Source: an uncultured Candidatus Saccharibacteria bacterium
GTDB taxonomy: Bacteria; Patescibacteriota; Saccharimonadia; Saccharimonadales; CAIOMD01
Reading direction: 5' to 3'
Assembly: GCA_964566135.1 (NCBI GenBank)
Contig: CAZMHM010000004.1
Location: 12,596-76,595, forward strand
Length of the DNA: 64,000 nucleotides
Shown here: one piece after another, positions 27,692 through 36,575 of the stretch
Position numbering within the stretch: the first letter of the stretch is position 1
Layout of the letters: each line of letters starts with the position of its first letter
Position numbers and translations under genes: made by a program
Notes under the pieces: generated by a model
Told to the model about the DNA's origin: nothing
Databases searched by the model: none
What the model saw: the letters and a program-made list of their open reading frames with translations, nothing else

Positions 27692-28933
27692 ATGAAAACA
27701 GTCCTCATCGTCGGTGATAGCATGAAGCAGCTTAGGGATAAAATCCTCGAGTTAGGCTATGATTACGTACAATTGCGCGACATCAGAAAATGTAAAAATC
27801 CCGAAAAAGTACTAAAACGACGAGTAGTCTGCGATTTCTCCTCGAACGATACTATTGATGTTGCACTTAAGGAGCTAAAAAAACGTTATGTCGTTGATGG
27901 CATTATTAGCACCTACGAGAATTATATTTTGCAAGCCGCATATGTTGCCGAAATACTTGGGCTCCGTGGGATGCCAATTAGTGCTGCAGAGGCGTGCACC
28001 GATAAATACATTATGCGCGAGCTGTTTTCTAGTGCCCCTCGAAAGATTAGCCCTTCTTTTCAAGAGGTGCATTCTTTTGATGATATACAGGTTTTTATGC
28101 AAAACGCTAGCTACCCCGTCATACTTAAACCCGCAAACCTAGCAAAAAGCTTATTGGTCACCAAAAGCAGTACCGCAGAAGAGCTAAAAGCAAACTACGA
28201 AAAAACTGTATCTACAATAGATGGTATCTATAGAAAATATGCTCCTAACCGTACACCAAAAATTATAATTGAAGAATTCATGGAAGGACCTGTGCATTCG
28301 GTAGACGCATTTGTTGATGAGAATGGGACACCTCATGTACTAGAGAATGTTGTAGACTATCAAACTGGCTATGACATTGGCTATGATGATAATTTTCACT
28401 ATAGCCGCCTTTTACCAAGTAAGCTTTCTGCAGAAGAAATCGCCGAAATCAGAGAAGTTGCCGCACTAGGCTGCCGGGCACTTGGCATGCAAAGTTCACC
28501 AGCACATGTAGAAATAATACGGACAGTTAATGGACCAATGATTGTTGAAATCGGTGCTCGCAATGGCGGTTATCGCGAACGAATGCATAGCATTGCGAAC
28601 GGCATTGATATTATCAAGAATGCGCTAGCTCTTAGTTTTGGCGAACCACTTGATTTAACACCAACTTGCAATGATTCTTGCGCAGTTCTAGAACTCTTTC
28701 CAAAGAACCCAGGAACATTTACTGGCGTATCGGGAGAGGCACAATTAAAAAATCTTTCGTCGCTTGTATACTTTGCCATCAAACAGCCTGTCGGGTCTTA
28801 TGTGGGTAAGTCTTCGGAAGGCTACAAGATGTGTGCAATTATCATCTTGCATAACGCTGATACGGCAGCGTTTGATCGTGACTTAGCGTTTGTTAACGAC
28901 AATGTTTTTATAGAGACATCAGATAATCAATAA
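27692..28933 (+). CDS. ATP-grasp enzyme of the L-amino-acid-ligase type (413 aa)
   Basis: A pre-ATP-grasp N-domain, then TDKYIMRELF...YPVILKPANLAKS...IIEEFMEGPVHSVDAF...AHVEIIRTVNGPMIVEIGARNGG. Confidence 0.75.
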   Translation: MKTVLIVGDSMKQLRDKILELGYDYVQLRDIRKCKNPEKVLKRRVVCDFSSNDTIDVALKELKKRYVVDGIISTYENYILQAAYVAEILGLRGMPISAAEACTDKYIMRELFSSAPRKISPSFQEVHSFDDIQVFMQNASYPVILKPANLAKSLLVTKSSTAEELKANYEKTVSTIDGIYRKYAPNRTPKIIIEEFMEGPVHSVDAFVDENGTPHVLENVVDYQTGYDIGYDDNFHYSRLLPSKLSAEEIAEIREVAALGCRALGMQSSPAHVEIIRTVNGPMIVEIGARNGGYRERMHSIANGIDIIKNALALSFGEPLDLTPTCNDSCAVLELFPKNPGTFTGVSGEAQLKNLSSLVYFAIKQPVGSYVGKSSEGYKMCAIIILHNADTAAFDRDLAFVNDNVFIETSDNQ

Positions 28934-29918
28934 AGACTTTTGTCACTCGAGACCCTTGATTGTTTGTTGGGTGCTCGTGGATATACAATGATGGACACTT
29001 GTTCACCTCATTGATCATGGGGGCCAATGACTCAATCGTACTATCTCGCTGAGGAATGTCAGATACAAGAATATCTACTCCACAAAGTGGCAGACGGCTT
29101 GTTCTGGCAACTTTTTCTGCCAATGTAATGAGCCAATCAGGGGTTTGATCAGTGATATTATCTGTCTCGCCGCCAGAGCCATAATTTGCCTTTCCAAGCA
29201 CCAATATTTCTTCGCCATCATGCGGGATTCTATCTGGATTATCGGTTATTGCAACGTATTCTAGTGCCTCGATAACATCAATAGTCGCTAGCCGGGCTAC
29301 ATATCTTTCGCCACGATCCGGTTTATCATTGGATTGCTCGATAAGCGCTTTAATTGTATCTTTGCCATTGCCAAATACTCGTGCAGGAATCCTTAATACT
29401 GTAGCGACAAACTTATAATTGATGCATAAAATTCTTAGGTCGACAGCGCCACTATACATCTGTTGCAGTAGGGCTACTCTGCCGGAAATGCTTGCAGCAT
29501 ATGCTCTTTCAAGCGCAGCAGTTAGCGTAGTTTTATCAGTAATGCCTACAGTTATGCCATCGCCATGCGCACCATCGAGAGGTTTAGTAACGATTTCAGT
29601 TGACCACGCTAGTGCCTCGTCTAGTAAATCGTTTTCTATATCTTTACGAACAAGGAGTGTCGCCAGCACTGGTAGCCCCGCATCACGCATAACTTTATAC
29701 GTTGCATACTTATTGTCTGCTTGCATTGCCGCAGCAAACGTTGTGCCAGGAGGAGTCGAGCTGTAGATATCAACAGGGCCGTTATCTCTATGAATAGTAA
29801 TAAGTGCACTACCGGTTACTGGCACCGTAACCTTTAGGTTACGGCTTAAGGCTTCGGTACATATCAAGCGATTTGTCTGCCGAAAGCTATCAAGATTATC
29901 TTTTGTAACTTCGACCAT
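28908..29918 (-). CDS. Stand-alone ATP-grasp protein resembling the G domain of cyanophycin synthetase CphA
   Basis: KPLDGAHGDGIT, DLRILCINYKFVATVLRIPARVFGNGKDTIKALIEQSN, ANYGSGGETDNITD, GVDILVSDI and INEVNKCPSL match remembered CphA G-domain blocks (KPLDGNHGRGIT, RVPAHVIGDGK.TI..LIE, ANLSTGG, GIDVV..DI, EVNAAPG). Confidence 0.75.
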   Translation of the reverse strand: MVEVTKDNLDSFRQTNRLICTEALSRNLKVTVPVTGSALITIHRDNGPVDIYSSTPPGTTFAAAMQADNKYATYKVMRDAGLPVLATLLVRKDIENDLLDEALAWSTEIVTKPLDGAHGDGITVGITDKTTLTAALERAYAASISGRVALLQQMYSGAVDLRILCINYKFVATVLRIPARVFGNGKDTIKALIEQSNDKPDRGERYVARLATIDVIEALEYVAITDNPDRIPHDGEEILVLGKANYGSGGETDNITDQTPDWLITLAEKVARTSRLPLCGVDILVSDIPQRDSTIESLAPMINEVNKCPSLYIHEHPTNNQGSRVTKVFIDYLMSL

Positions 29919-30817
29919 TATTTCGTCTTTGAGACTAAATAGTCGTTTAGAACCGAAAGTTTTGCGGGCACATTGCTACCCGTACTAAGCTGAGGCATGT
30001 TGTTTGCTTCTAAGAAGTAGTGTTTTCCATCTCTTTTATCAACAACCATATCAACACCACCAACTTCTCTGCGTAACTCACGACTAATCGTTACTGCTTC
30101 GTCTACCATAACCTTGGATAAATCTTCGACGGGCACAACAACACCCGACCCGCCCTTAGAAGTGTTATTTAGGTGACTGCCTTCTTCGCCCTTGCGATGT
30201 ATTGCAAGCTTAACCGTACCGTCTAAAATAATTAACCTGTAATCGCCGTCATTTTCGATAAACGTTTGCACCACAAATTGCTGATCGGTGTTATCTGCGA
30301 TAATCTGTTTGATTTCTTCGGGACTTTTGGCAAGATAATTGTGATTACCCCGAGAAGCAGCTACGGCTTTTACAATTAATGGAAATGTATGGTTTGATGC
30401 CCAATTTGCAACTGCATCACTATTGTTTGTGACGATAAATGGAATAGTCTGAATACCCGCAAGACCAGCTATAACATACTGGCTGATTTTAGTGCGAGAA
30501 CGCGTGTACAAGGCTTCTTGATTTGCGTGAGGTATCCCGTAATATTCAGCATAACGCGCTACAGATAAAGCAGTATCCTCGAGTAGCTTTGTTTTAAACC
30601 AACCAAATTGAAATATCGCATCAAAATTGCTTAAATCAACATTATCACCAGTAGTAATACTAAGTTTTGTATCATAGCTAATAATTAAATCTTCATAGTC
30701 ACAGGCAACGTATGTTACGTCTGCAGACTCAAAATCCTTCATGCCGGCTTTCATTGTTTGTGATGTATCGTAGTCGATTCGATCATCGCGACGACATAGT
30801 AATAGTATTTGCTTCAT
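29918..30817 (-). CDS. Second RimK/GshB-like ATP-grasp ligase
   Basis: PLIVKAVAASRGNHNYL, FVVQTFIENDGDYRLIIL, GGVDMVVDKRDGKHYFLEANNMPQ. I start at MKQILLL (30817). TAATG overlap with the CphA-like gene. Confidence 0.7.
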   Translation of the reverse strand: MKQILLLCRRDDRIDYDTSQTMKAGMKDFESADVTYVACDYEDLIISYDTKLSITTGDNVDLSNFDAIFQFGWFKTKLLEDTALSVARYAEYYGIPHANQEALYTRSRTKISQYVIAGLAGIQTIPFIVTNNSDAVANWASNHTFPLIVKAVAASRGNHNYLAKSPEEIKQIIADNTDQQFVVQTFIENDGDYRLIILDGTVKLAIHRKGEEGSHLNNTSKGGSGVVVPVEDLSKVMVDEAVTISRELRREVGGVDMVVDKRDGKHYFLEANNMPQLSTGSNVPAKLSVLNDYLVSKTK

Positions 30818-30882
30818 GGAAATTAGCTTATCATAATCTGTTAGTGCTTGCAATATTTATCTTTTTATGTTATTATGCTGTT

Positions 30883-31617
30883 ATGAATATCATCGCAATT
30901 GGCGGTGGCGAAAAAGAAAAAGCCATTAGTCAGGCATTAGCAGCGGCAGATAACCAGAATGTTTTATTAATTCCCTCCGCATGCTCGACGGAAACATCTT
31001 ATAGCAAAAAAGTTGGTTTGCTGGTTGAATATTTCCATAAATTTGGCATCCCTGGTGTACAAGTGTTGCATGGCTATGACGAAACGCCTTCTCGGGCACA
31101 AATAGAAGATATGTTTGGCGAAAGTGGCATGGCGTATGTTATTGGTGGTAACACACCTTATATGTTGGATACTATCAAAAACCACGGTACGGATGTCGAA
31201 ATAGCAAACGCCACTCGGAACGGCATGGTACTCGCAGGTACAAGCGCCGGCGCAATTCTCCCGTTTAGGCACGGCCAAGTAAACCCAGCCACTAAACCAG
31301 CTTTGCAAGAATGGGAATTTGAATATCGTGAGGGGCTTGGCATTGTCGATGCCACTGTTGGCGTTCATGCCGGTAAAAAAGATGCTGTTATTGGCGGTTT
31401 TCGCGAAAAAACAAGAGGTGAGTACCTAGAGGAAACGGTTGGTTCGATCTCTGATACGGCACTCGCGATAGATGAAGGGGCTGCGGTTTCAGTGACCGAA
31501 AGTGGACTTAGCGTTATCACATCTAGTCCCGATGCTCGTGTTCGAATACTACAAAAAGGCAAAAAAAATACCACCCTTGGTGATGGTGATACTTTTAGCG
31601 ATATTAAAGCCCTTTAG
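30883..31617 (+). CDS. Peptidase S51 family (cyanophycinase / dipeptidase E type)
   Basis: MNIIAIGGGEK, VIGGNTPYML and LAGTSAGAI (Ser nucleophile motif). I chose ATG 30883 rather than the track's 30712 extension, which overlaps the divergent gene. Confidence 0.8.
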   Translation: MNIIAIGGGEKEKAISQALAAADNQNVLLIPSACSTETSYSKKVGLLVEYFHKFGIPGVQVLHGYDETPSRAQIEDMFGESGMAYVIGGNTPYMLDTIKNHGTDVEIANATRNGMVLAGTSAGAILPFRHGQVNPATKPALQEWEFEYREGLGIVDATVGVHAGKKDAVIGGFREKTRGEYLEETVGSISDTALAIDEGAAVSVTESGLSVITSSPDARVRILQKGKKNTTLGDGDTFSDIKAL

Positions 31618-31724
31618 CGGTTGGCTTTTAGCACACGCAAAAAGACAAAACCAATCATAAACAAAAGGACCGCTAAAATTAGGACAATCATAGTAATAAA
31701 GCCGTTTTGATTTTGCCGGTTCAT
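31614..31724 (-). CDS. Candidate 36-aa single-TM small protein
   Basis: Manual translation gives MNRQNQNGFITMIVLILAVLLFMIGFVFLRVLKANR. AAGGA lies 6 nt upstream. Too short for the ORF track. Confidence 0.3.
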   Translation of the reverse strand: MNRQNQNGFITMIVLILAVLLFMIGFVFLRVLKANR

Positions 31725-31765
31725 GCTTATCCTTATTTTGCAGACAAAAGGCTGTTTTGTCTAGC

Positions 31766-32878
31766 CTAGCTAAACAAGCCGTGCTTGCCAGGCTCTTTTT
31801 GGAACTCTTGCAGTAGTTCTTTTTGGCGCTTGCTCAGTTTAGTTGGCGTTGCGACATCGAGCGTCACAATGTGTGCACCACGGCTTTCGCTTTTAAGATG
31901 TGGCACGCCATGACCAGATAGCTTAAAGTCACTGCCGCTTTGCGTACCGGCGGGTACTTTAATGGTTATTACGCCATCAACGGTATCTACTTTTAGCTCG
32001 CCACCAAGGGCAGCAGTTACCATATCAACCGATTCGTGGCTGAGTATTAGATCGCCTTCTCGGGTGAATTTTTTGTGCGATTTCACGCGTACATGTACAT
32101 ATAAATCACCTTTGGGGCCATTTAGTATGGCTTCGCCGTATTCGCGCAGGCGTATAGTTGCGCCATCATCAATACCGGCAGGTATTTTTAGGTCTACCTT
32201 TTGTTCTTTGCGCTTTACACCCTTACCGCCACAGACACTACAAGCCTTTTCGGGCTTTTTACCACTGCCGTGGCAGTCTGGGCAACGTTGCGCTTGCTGG
32301 ATGTTGCCTAAAATGGTGCGAGTTACGGTAACAACTTGACCGCTCCCCTTACAGGTCGGGCAGGTTACGAGCTCATGCCCAGGTTCGGCGCCATTACCTT
32401 TACAGTGTTCACATTCGGCTTCTACATTGAGTTTTAAGGTCTTTTCAACCCCGAATACAGCTTCTTCGAACGTTAAATCAATAACCGTTTCGATATCACG
32501 CCCACGACGGGCTTGTTGGCGTTGTTGACCACCACCAAAGAAGCTACCAAACATGTCGCCTAAATCACCAAAATCAAAATTAATGTTTTGGCCGTTAAAG
32601 TTAAAGCCCTGACCGGTAAAGTCGTAGGCTCCACCGCCGTAACCAGGGCCACCACCATTACCACCAACGCCAGCATGACCAAACTGATCGTAGCGCTTGC
32701 GCTTTTCGGTGTCTTTTAGTACCTCGTAGGCTTCGTTGATTTCTTTGAACTTAGATTCGTCACCACCTTCTTTATCTGGGTGATGGAGCACGGCTAATCG
32801 GCGGAACGCTTTTTTAATTTCGTCCGCCGATGCGTCTTTGGAGACGCCTAATACTTCGTAATAATCACGCTTTGCCAT
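31766..32878 (-). CDS. dnaJ: Chaperone DnaJ (Hsp40)
   Basis: J domain with HPD, a G/F region and four CxxCxGxG zinc-finger repeats. Confidence 0.97.
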   Translation of the reverse strand: MAKRDYYEVLGVSKDASADEIKKAFRRLAVLHHPDKEGGDESKFKEINEAYEVLKDTEKRKRYDQFGHAGVGGNGGGPGYGGGAYDFTGQGFNFNGQNINFDFGDLGDMFGSFFGGGQQRQQARRGRDIETVIDLTFEEAVFGVEKTLKLNVEAECEHCKGNGAEPGHELVTCPTCKGSGQVVTVTRTILGNIQQAQRCPDCHGSGKKPEKACSVCGGKGVKRKEQKVDLKIPAGIDDGATIRLREYGEAILNGPKGDLYVHVRVKSHKKFTREGDLILSHESVDMVTAALGGELKVDTVDGVITIKVPAGTQSGSDFKLSGHGVPHLKSESRGAHIVTLDVATPTKLSKRQKELLQEFQKEPGKHGLFS

Positions 32879-32880
32879 AA

Positions 32881-33414
32881 TTACTTATTTGGGCCTTGTT
32901 TGCTTAAGGTATCATACAAATTTTTTGGGGGCATACCTAATTGAATTTGGTCTACAATTAAAATTAACTCTTCGGTTTTGTCCTTAAGTGTCCGCACTGC
33001 TTCATCAATTTCATTTAATTGAGCTGCTTTGACCTTAAGGATTTTGTGCGCCACTTTATTTCTAGATTCGTTGATTGAATTTAAGAGAGCCAGGATATCT
33101 TCTCGCCTTGGAAACTCAAACTTCTTAAGTCCTTTTATACAGTTCCCAATATTCATATCTTTAATCGTCGTTTTTCTGATAGTAATTACACCATGATAAT
33201 ATTCACCGACCGCGGTTTCGGCATAATCTGTAATGTTCGCCAATAGATACTCAGCAAGATAATCCGCAACATTCATGTACAGTAATGCAGCAGATAGCTC
33301 ATAGGCCAGAGATTCATCTTCATCCTTCGCTACATTACTCTTCGATAAATGTTCTCTAGCAATAGCAAGGAAATGTCTTTTTACCTCTAACTCTTCATGA
33401 GAGAAAGCTGGCAT
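32881..33414 (-). CDS. Hypothetical helical protein with a HEPN-type R-N-x-x-A-H motif, inserted between dnaK and dnaJ
   Basis: SINESRNKVAHKIL fits Rx4-6H. There are 2-nt gaps to both the dnaK stop and the dnaJ start. Confidence 0.5.
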   Translation of the reverse strand: MPAFSHEELEVKRHFLAIAREHLSKSNVAKDEDESLAYELSAALLYMNVADYLAEYLLANITDYAETAVGEYYHGVITIRKTTIKDMNIGNCIKGLKKFEFPRREDILALLNSINESRNKVAHKILKVKAAQLNEIDEAVRTLKDKTEELILIVDQIQLGMPPKNLYDTLSKQGPNK

Positions 33415-33416
33415 TT

Positions 33417-35318
33417 CTATTTTTCTTTCTTGTCTTCTTCTTTTTCGTCGACGACTTCGCCTTCTACGGGACCGTCTTCTTTTTTGGTGTCGTCGGCTTT
33501 TGCTTCGCCTGCGTCAGCTGATTCGTACAGCTTGGCACCAATAGGCATAATCTTATCCGTTAAGTCTTTGGCGGCCTTTTCTAACTCTTCTTTATCAGTG
33601 CTTTCGGCTTTGCCTTGAGCTTCTTTAATAGCTTCGTCGAGCGTTTTCTTATCTTCTTCGCTGACCTTATCGCCATTATCATCCTTAAGCTTTTGAGCTT
33701 GGTAAATAGCGTTTTCTAAACCATTACGGGCATCAACTGCTTCGCGCTTCTTCTTGTCATCTTCGGCATGTGCTTCGGCTTCTTTTCGGGCTTTCTCTAC
33801 TTCGGCCTTATCAAGGTTACCACTGTTCTGGATCGTAATACTCTGCTCTTTGCCAGTGCCCTTATCTTTAGCAGTAACATTTAAGATACCGTTTGCATCG
33901 AGGTTAAAGGTAACTTCGATTTGTGGGATACCGCGTGGTGCTGGTGCGATACCATCGAGTAAGAATCGGCCCAAGCTCTTGTTGTCGCTAGCCATTTCGC
34001 GCTCGCCTTGCAATACATGGATTTCAACTTGTGGTTGATTATCGGCTGCTGTACTAAAGGTTTCGCTCTTGCTGGTAGGGATAGTTGTATTGCGCTCAAT
34101 AAGTTTGGTGCTAACACCGCCCATAGTCTCGATACCGAGGCTTAGTGGGGTTACATCAAGTAGTAACACGTCTTTCACGTCACCGGCTAGTACGCCGCCC
34201 TGTATGGCAGCACCAACAGCTACAACCTCGTCTGGGTTTACACCCTTCATAGGCTCTTTACCAAAGATCTTTTGGACCTTTTCTTGCACGCTTGGCATAC
34301 GAGTCATACCACCAACCAAAATGACTGCATCAATGTCACTAGCCTTTAGGCCAGCATCCTTTAATGCTTTTTCACATGGGATAGCAGTACGGTCGATTAA
34401 ATCGCCGACGAGGCTTTCTAGTTTAGCGCGGGTAAGCTTGGTTTCAAAGTGCACAGGACCATCGGCAGTCGCGGTTAAGAATGGCAAGTTAATAGTAACT
34501 TCGTTAGTAGTACTGAGCTCAATCTTAGCCTTTTCGCCTTCGTCACGTAAGCGCTGCATAGCAGCTTTATCGTCAGTTAGGTCTTGGCCGTTTTCTTTCT
34601 TAAATTCATCAATAAGGTAATTAACAATCACGCGGTCAAAGTCAGCACCACCTAAGTGTGTGTCACCATTGGTACTCTTTACTTCAAAGACACCATCGCC
34701 GAGTTCTAGGATTGATACGTCAAAGGTACCACCACCAAGGTCGTATACGGCAATCTTTTCGTCTTTGCCACCTTTATCAAGACCATACGCTAATGCAGCT
34801 GCGGTCGGTTCGTTGATAATACGCTTAACCTCTAGGCCAGCGATTTTACCAGCGTCTTTTGTGGCTTGCCGCTGTGCATCGTCAAAATATGCAGGTACGG
34901 TAATAACGGCCTCTGTTACGGGCTGACCCAAGAAAGCTACGGCGTCTGCCTTGAGCTTGCTAAGCACCATTGCGCTGAGTTCTTCTGGGCTGTATTCTTT
35001 GTCGCCCATCTTTACCTTTACGCCATCTTTGCTTTTGACCATTTCGTAGCCCATAAGCTTGATATCGCGCTGTACTTCTTTGTCTTCCCAGCGACGACCA
35101 ATAAGGCGCTTCATCTCATAAATAGTGTTTTTAGGGTTCGTCACACTTTGGCGACGAGCCAATTGGCCAACTAAACGTTCGCCACCTTTATTAAGCGCAA
35201 TCACACTTGGAGTGGTACGGTTACCCTCTGTATTAGCAATAATTTCTGGCTTGCCGCCTTCCATTACTGCCATTGCGCTGTTGGTTGTTCCTAAGTCGAT
35301 TCCTAAAATTTTACCCAT
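33417..35318 (-). CDS. dnaK: Chaperone DnaK (Hsp70)
   Basis: GIDLGTTNS and DLGGGTFD motifs, full-length similarity, acidic C-terminal tail. Confidence 0.98.
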   Translation of the reverse strand: MGKILGIDLGTTNSAMAVMEGGKPEIIANTEGNRTTPSVIALNKGGERLVGQLARRQSVTNPKNTIYEMKRLIGRRWEDKEVQRDIKLMGYEMVKSKDGVKVKMGDKEYSPEELSAMVLSKLKADAVAFLGQPVTEAVITVPAYFDDAQRQATKDAGKIAGLEVKRIINEPTAAALAYGLDKGGKDEKIAVYDLGGGTFDVSILELGDGVFEVKSTNGDTHLGGADFDRVIVNYLIDEFKKENGQDLTDDKAAMQRLRDEGEKAKIELSTTNEVTINLPFLTATADGPVHFETKLTRAKLESLVGDLIDRTAIPCEKALKDAGLKASDIDAVILVGGMTRMPSVQEKVQKIFGKEPMKGVNPDEVVAVGAAIQGGVLAGDVKDVLLLDVTPLSLGIETMGGVSTKLIERNTTIPTSKSETFSTAADNQPQVEIHVLQGEREMASDNKSLGRFLLDGIAPAPRGIPQIEVTFNLDANGILNVTAKDKGTGKEQSITIQNSGNLDKAEVEKARKEAEAHAEDDKKKREAVDARNGLENAIYQAQKLKDDNGDKVSEEDKKTLDEAIKEAQGKAESTDKEELEKAAKDLTDKIMPIGAKLYESADAGEAKADDTKKEDGPVEGEVVDEKEEDKKEK

Positions 35319-35336
35319 AATTATTACTCCTCTAAT

Positions 35337-35801
35337 CTATTGCTTTGTTACTTGCACCATTGCTGGGCGGATTATTGTGTCACCAAACTTATAGCCAGTT
35401 TGATGCACGGCTGCTATTACTTCTGTCTCGCCTTCGGCATCATCCATGCCAACCGCATCATGCAGATTTGGGTTAAAAGCTTCGCCTATAACGCCAATCT
35501 TCTGCAGACCAATTGACTCAAGTTGGGCTTCGAGCTGATCTGCGATTGCAGAAACACCCTTAACCCATGCGTGGTCTTTGATATCCTCTGGCTCGTGCGC
35601 AATTGCGCGTTCGATATTGTCCAGAACTGGCAAGAGCGCCAAAACGGCTTGCTCGCGGCCAGACTGGGCAGCTTTAACACGGTCTTCATCGGCACGACGA
35701 CGATAATTTATAAAGTCAGCTTGAACCCGCTGCAAATCAGCAGTGAGCTCGAGCACTCTTTCGTCTTGTTTCGTCGTTTTTTTACCCGGTTGTTTTGTCA
35801 T
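35337..35801 (-). CDS. grpE: Nucleotide exchange factor GrpE
   Basis: ADFINYRRR motif, and its position between hrcA and dnaK. Confidence 0.93.
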   Translation of the reverse strand: MTKQPGKKTTKQDERVLELTADLQRVQADFINYRRRADEDRVKAAQSGREQAVLALLPVLDNIERAIAHEPEDIKDHAWVKGVSAIADQLEAQLESIGLQKIGVIGEAFNPNLHDAVGMDDAEGETEVIAAVHQTGYKFGDTIIRPAMVQVTKQ

Positions 35802-35804
35802 AAT

Positions 35805-36539
35805 TTACCCCTGTTGAAACATTGATGATTCTAGCGTTTTGCCAGTATGGCGAACTAAGTTCATAACCGTACGATAACTTTGTCGTGTTGGGCCAACAAT
35901 TCCGATGTAGCTGCGGTCGCTGTATGGGCTACGGAAACGACTGACTATTAACGTACAACCGCTGGCTTTACCAATTGGGTTTTCTTGCCCAATGTATACA
36001 CTGAGCGGTTCGTTTGGCTGTGCTTCGCGCAACCAAGGTTCTAAGTTATCAAGTAGCTGAGCAACTTCGTGAACGGCTGTGCCATTAGCAAATTCTGGTT
36101 GGCTAAATAGGTTAGAAATGCCACTCATGTACAATTGGTCGCCAATAGTAGCGATTGCAAGGTTTTGCGTAATCTCTACTAAGCTATCCACGGCAGATTT
36201 AATCGCCTGGGCAGCTTCGCCGGCACCCTTTATGCGAACGTCAATCGCTCTCGCACTGCGATTGACCACTGGCACAAGACCAGTTTCGGTAACTTCTGTT
36301 ACCTGGTTTACATAAAAACGGTAGCCCTTGTCGGTTGGAATACGGCCTGCGGATGTATGTGGCTGTTCTATATAACCGGTTTCTTCAAGCCGTGCCATTT
36401 CGGCACGTATCGTTGCGGACGACACGCCAAATAAGTTAGCCAGAAGCACAGAGCCAACTGGGGCTGCGACTTCTGCGTATTGTTCAACAATGGCGCATAA
36501 AATTTTTGCTTGTCGTTCGGTCATAATTCTGTCACTCAC
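35805..36539 (-). CDS. hrcA: Heat-inducible repressor HrcA (short form, 244 aa)
   Basis: LTERQAKILCAIVEQY...PVGS...SSATIRAEMARLEETGYIEQPHTSAGRIPT, with a CIRCE element upstream. Confidence 0.9.
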   Translation of the reverse strand: MSDRIMTERQAKILCAIVEQYAEVAAPVGSVLLANLFGVSSATIRAEMARLEETGYIEQPHTSAGRIPTDKGYRFYVNQVTEVTETGLVPVVNRSARAIDVRIKGAGEAAQAIKSAVDSLVEITQNLAIATIGDQLYMSGISNLFSQPEFANGTAVHEVAQLLDNLEPWLREAQPNEPLSVYIGQENPIGKASGCTLIVSRFRSPYSDRSYIGIVGPTRQSYRTVMNLVRHTGKTLESSMFQQG

Positions 36540-36575
36540 GCTAGCGTATTGCTAACCTATATCTAGTGTAAAAAA

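Noticed and set aside
30712-30882. N-terminal extension of the S51 peptidase ORF
   Set aside because: The extension overlaps the divergent ATP-grasp gene and has non-protein-like sequence. The family-typical N-terminus MNIIAIGGG starts at 30883.
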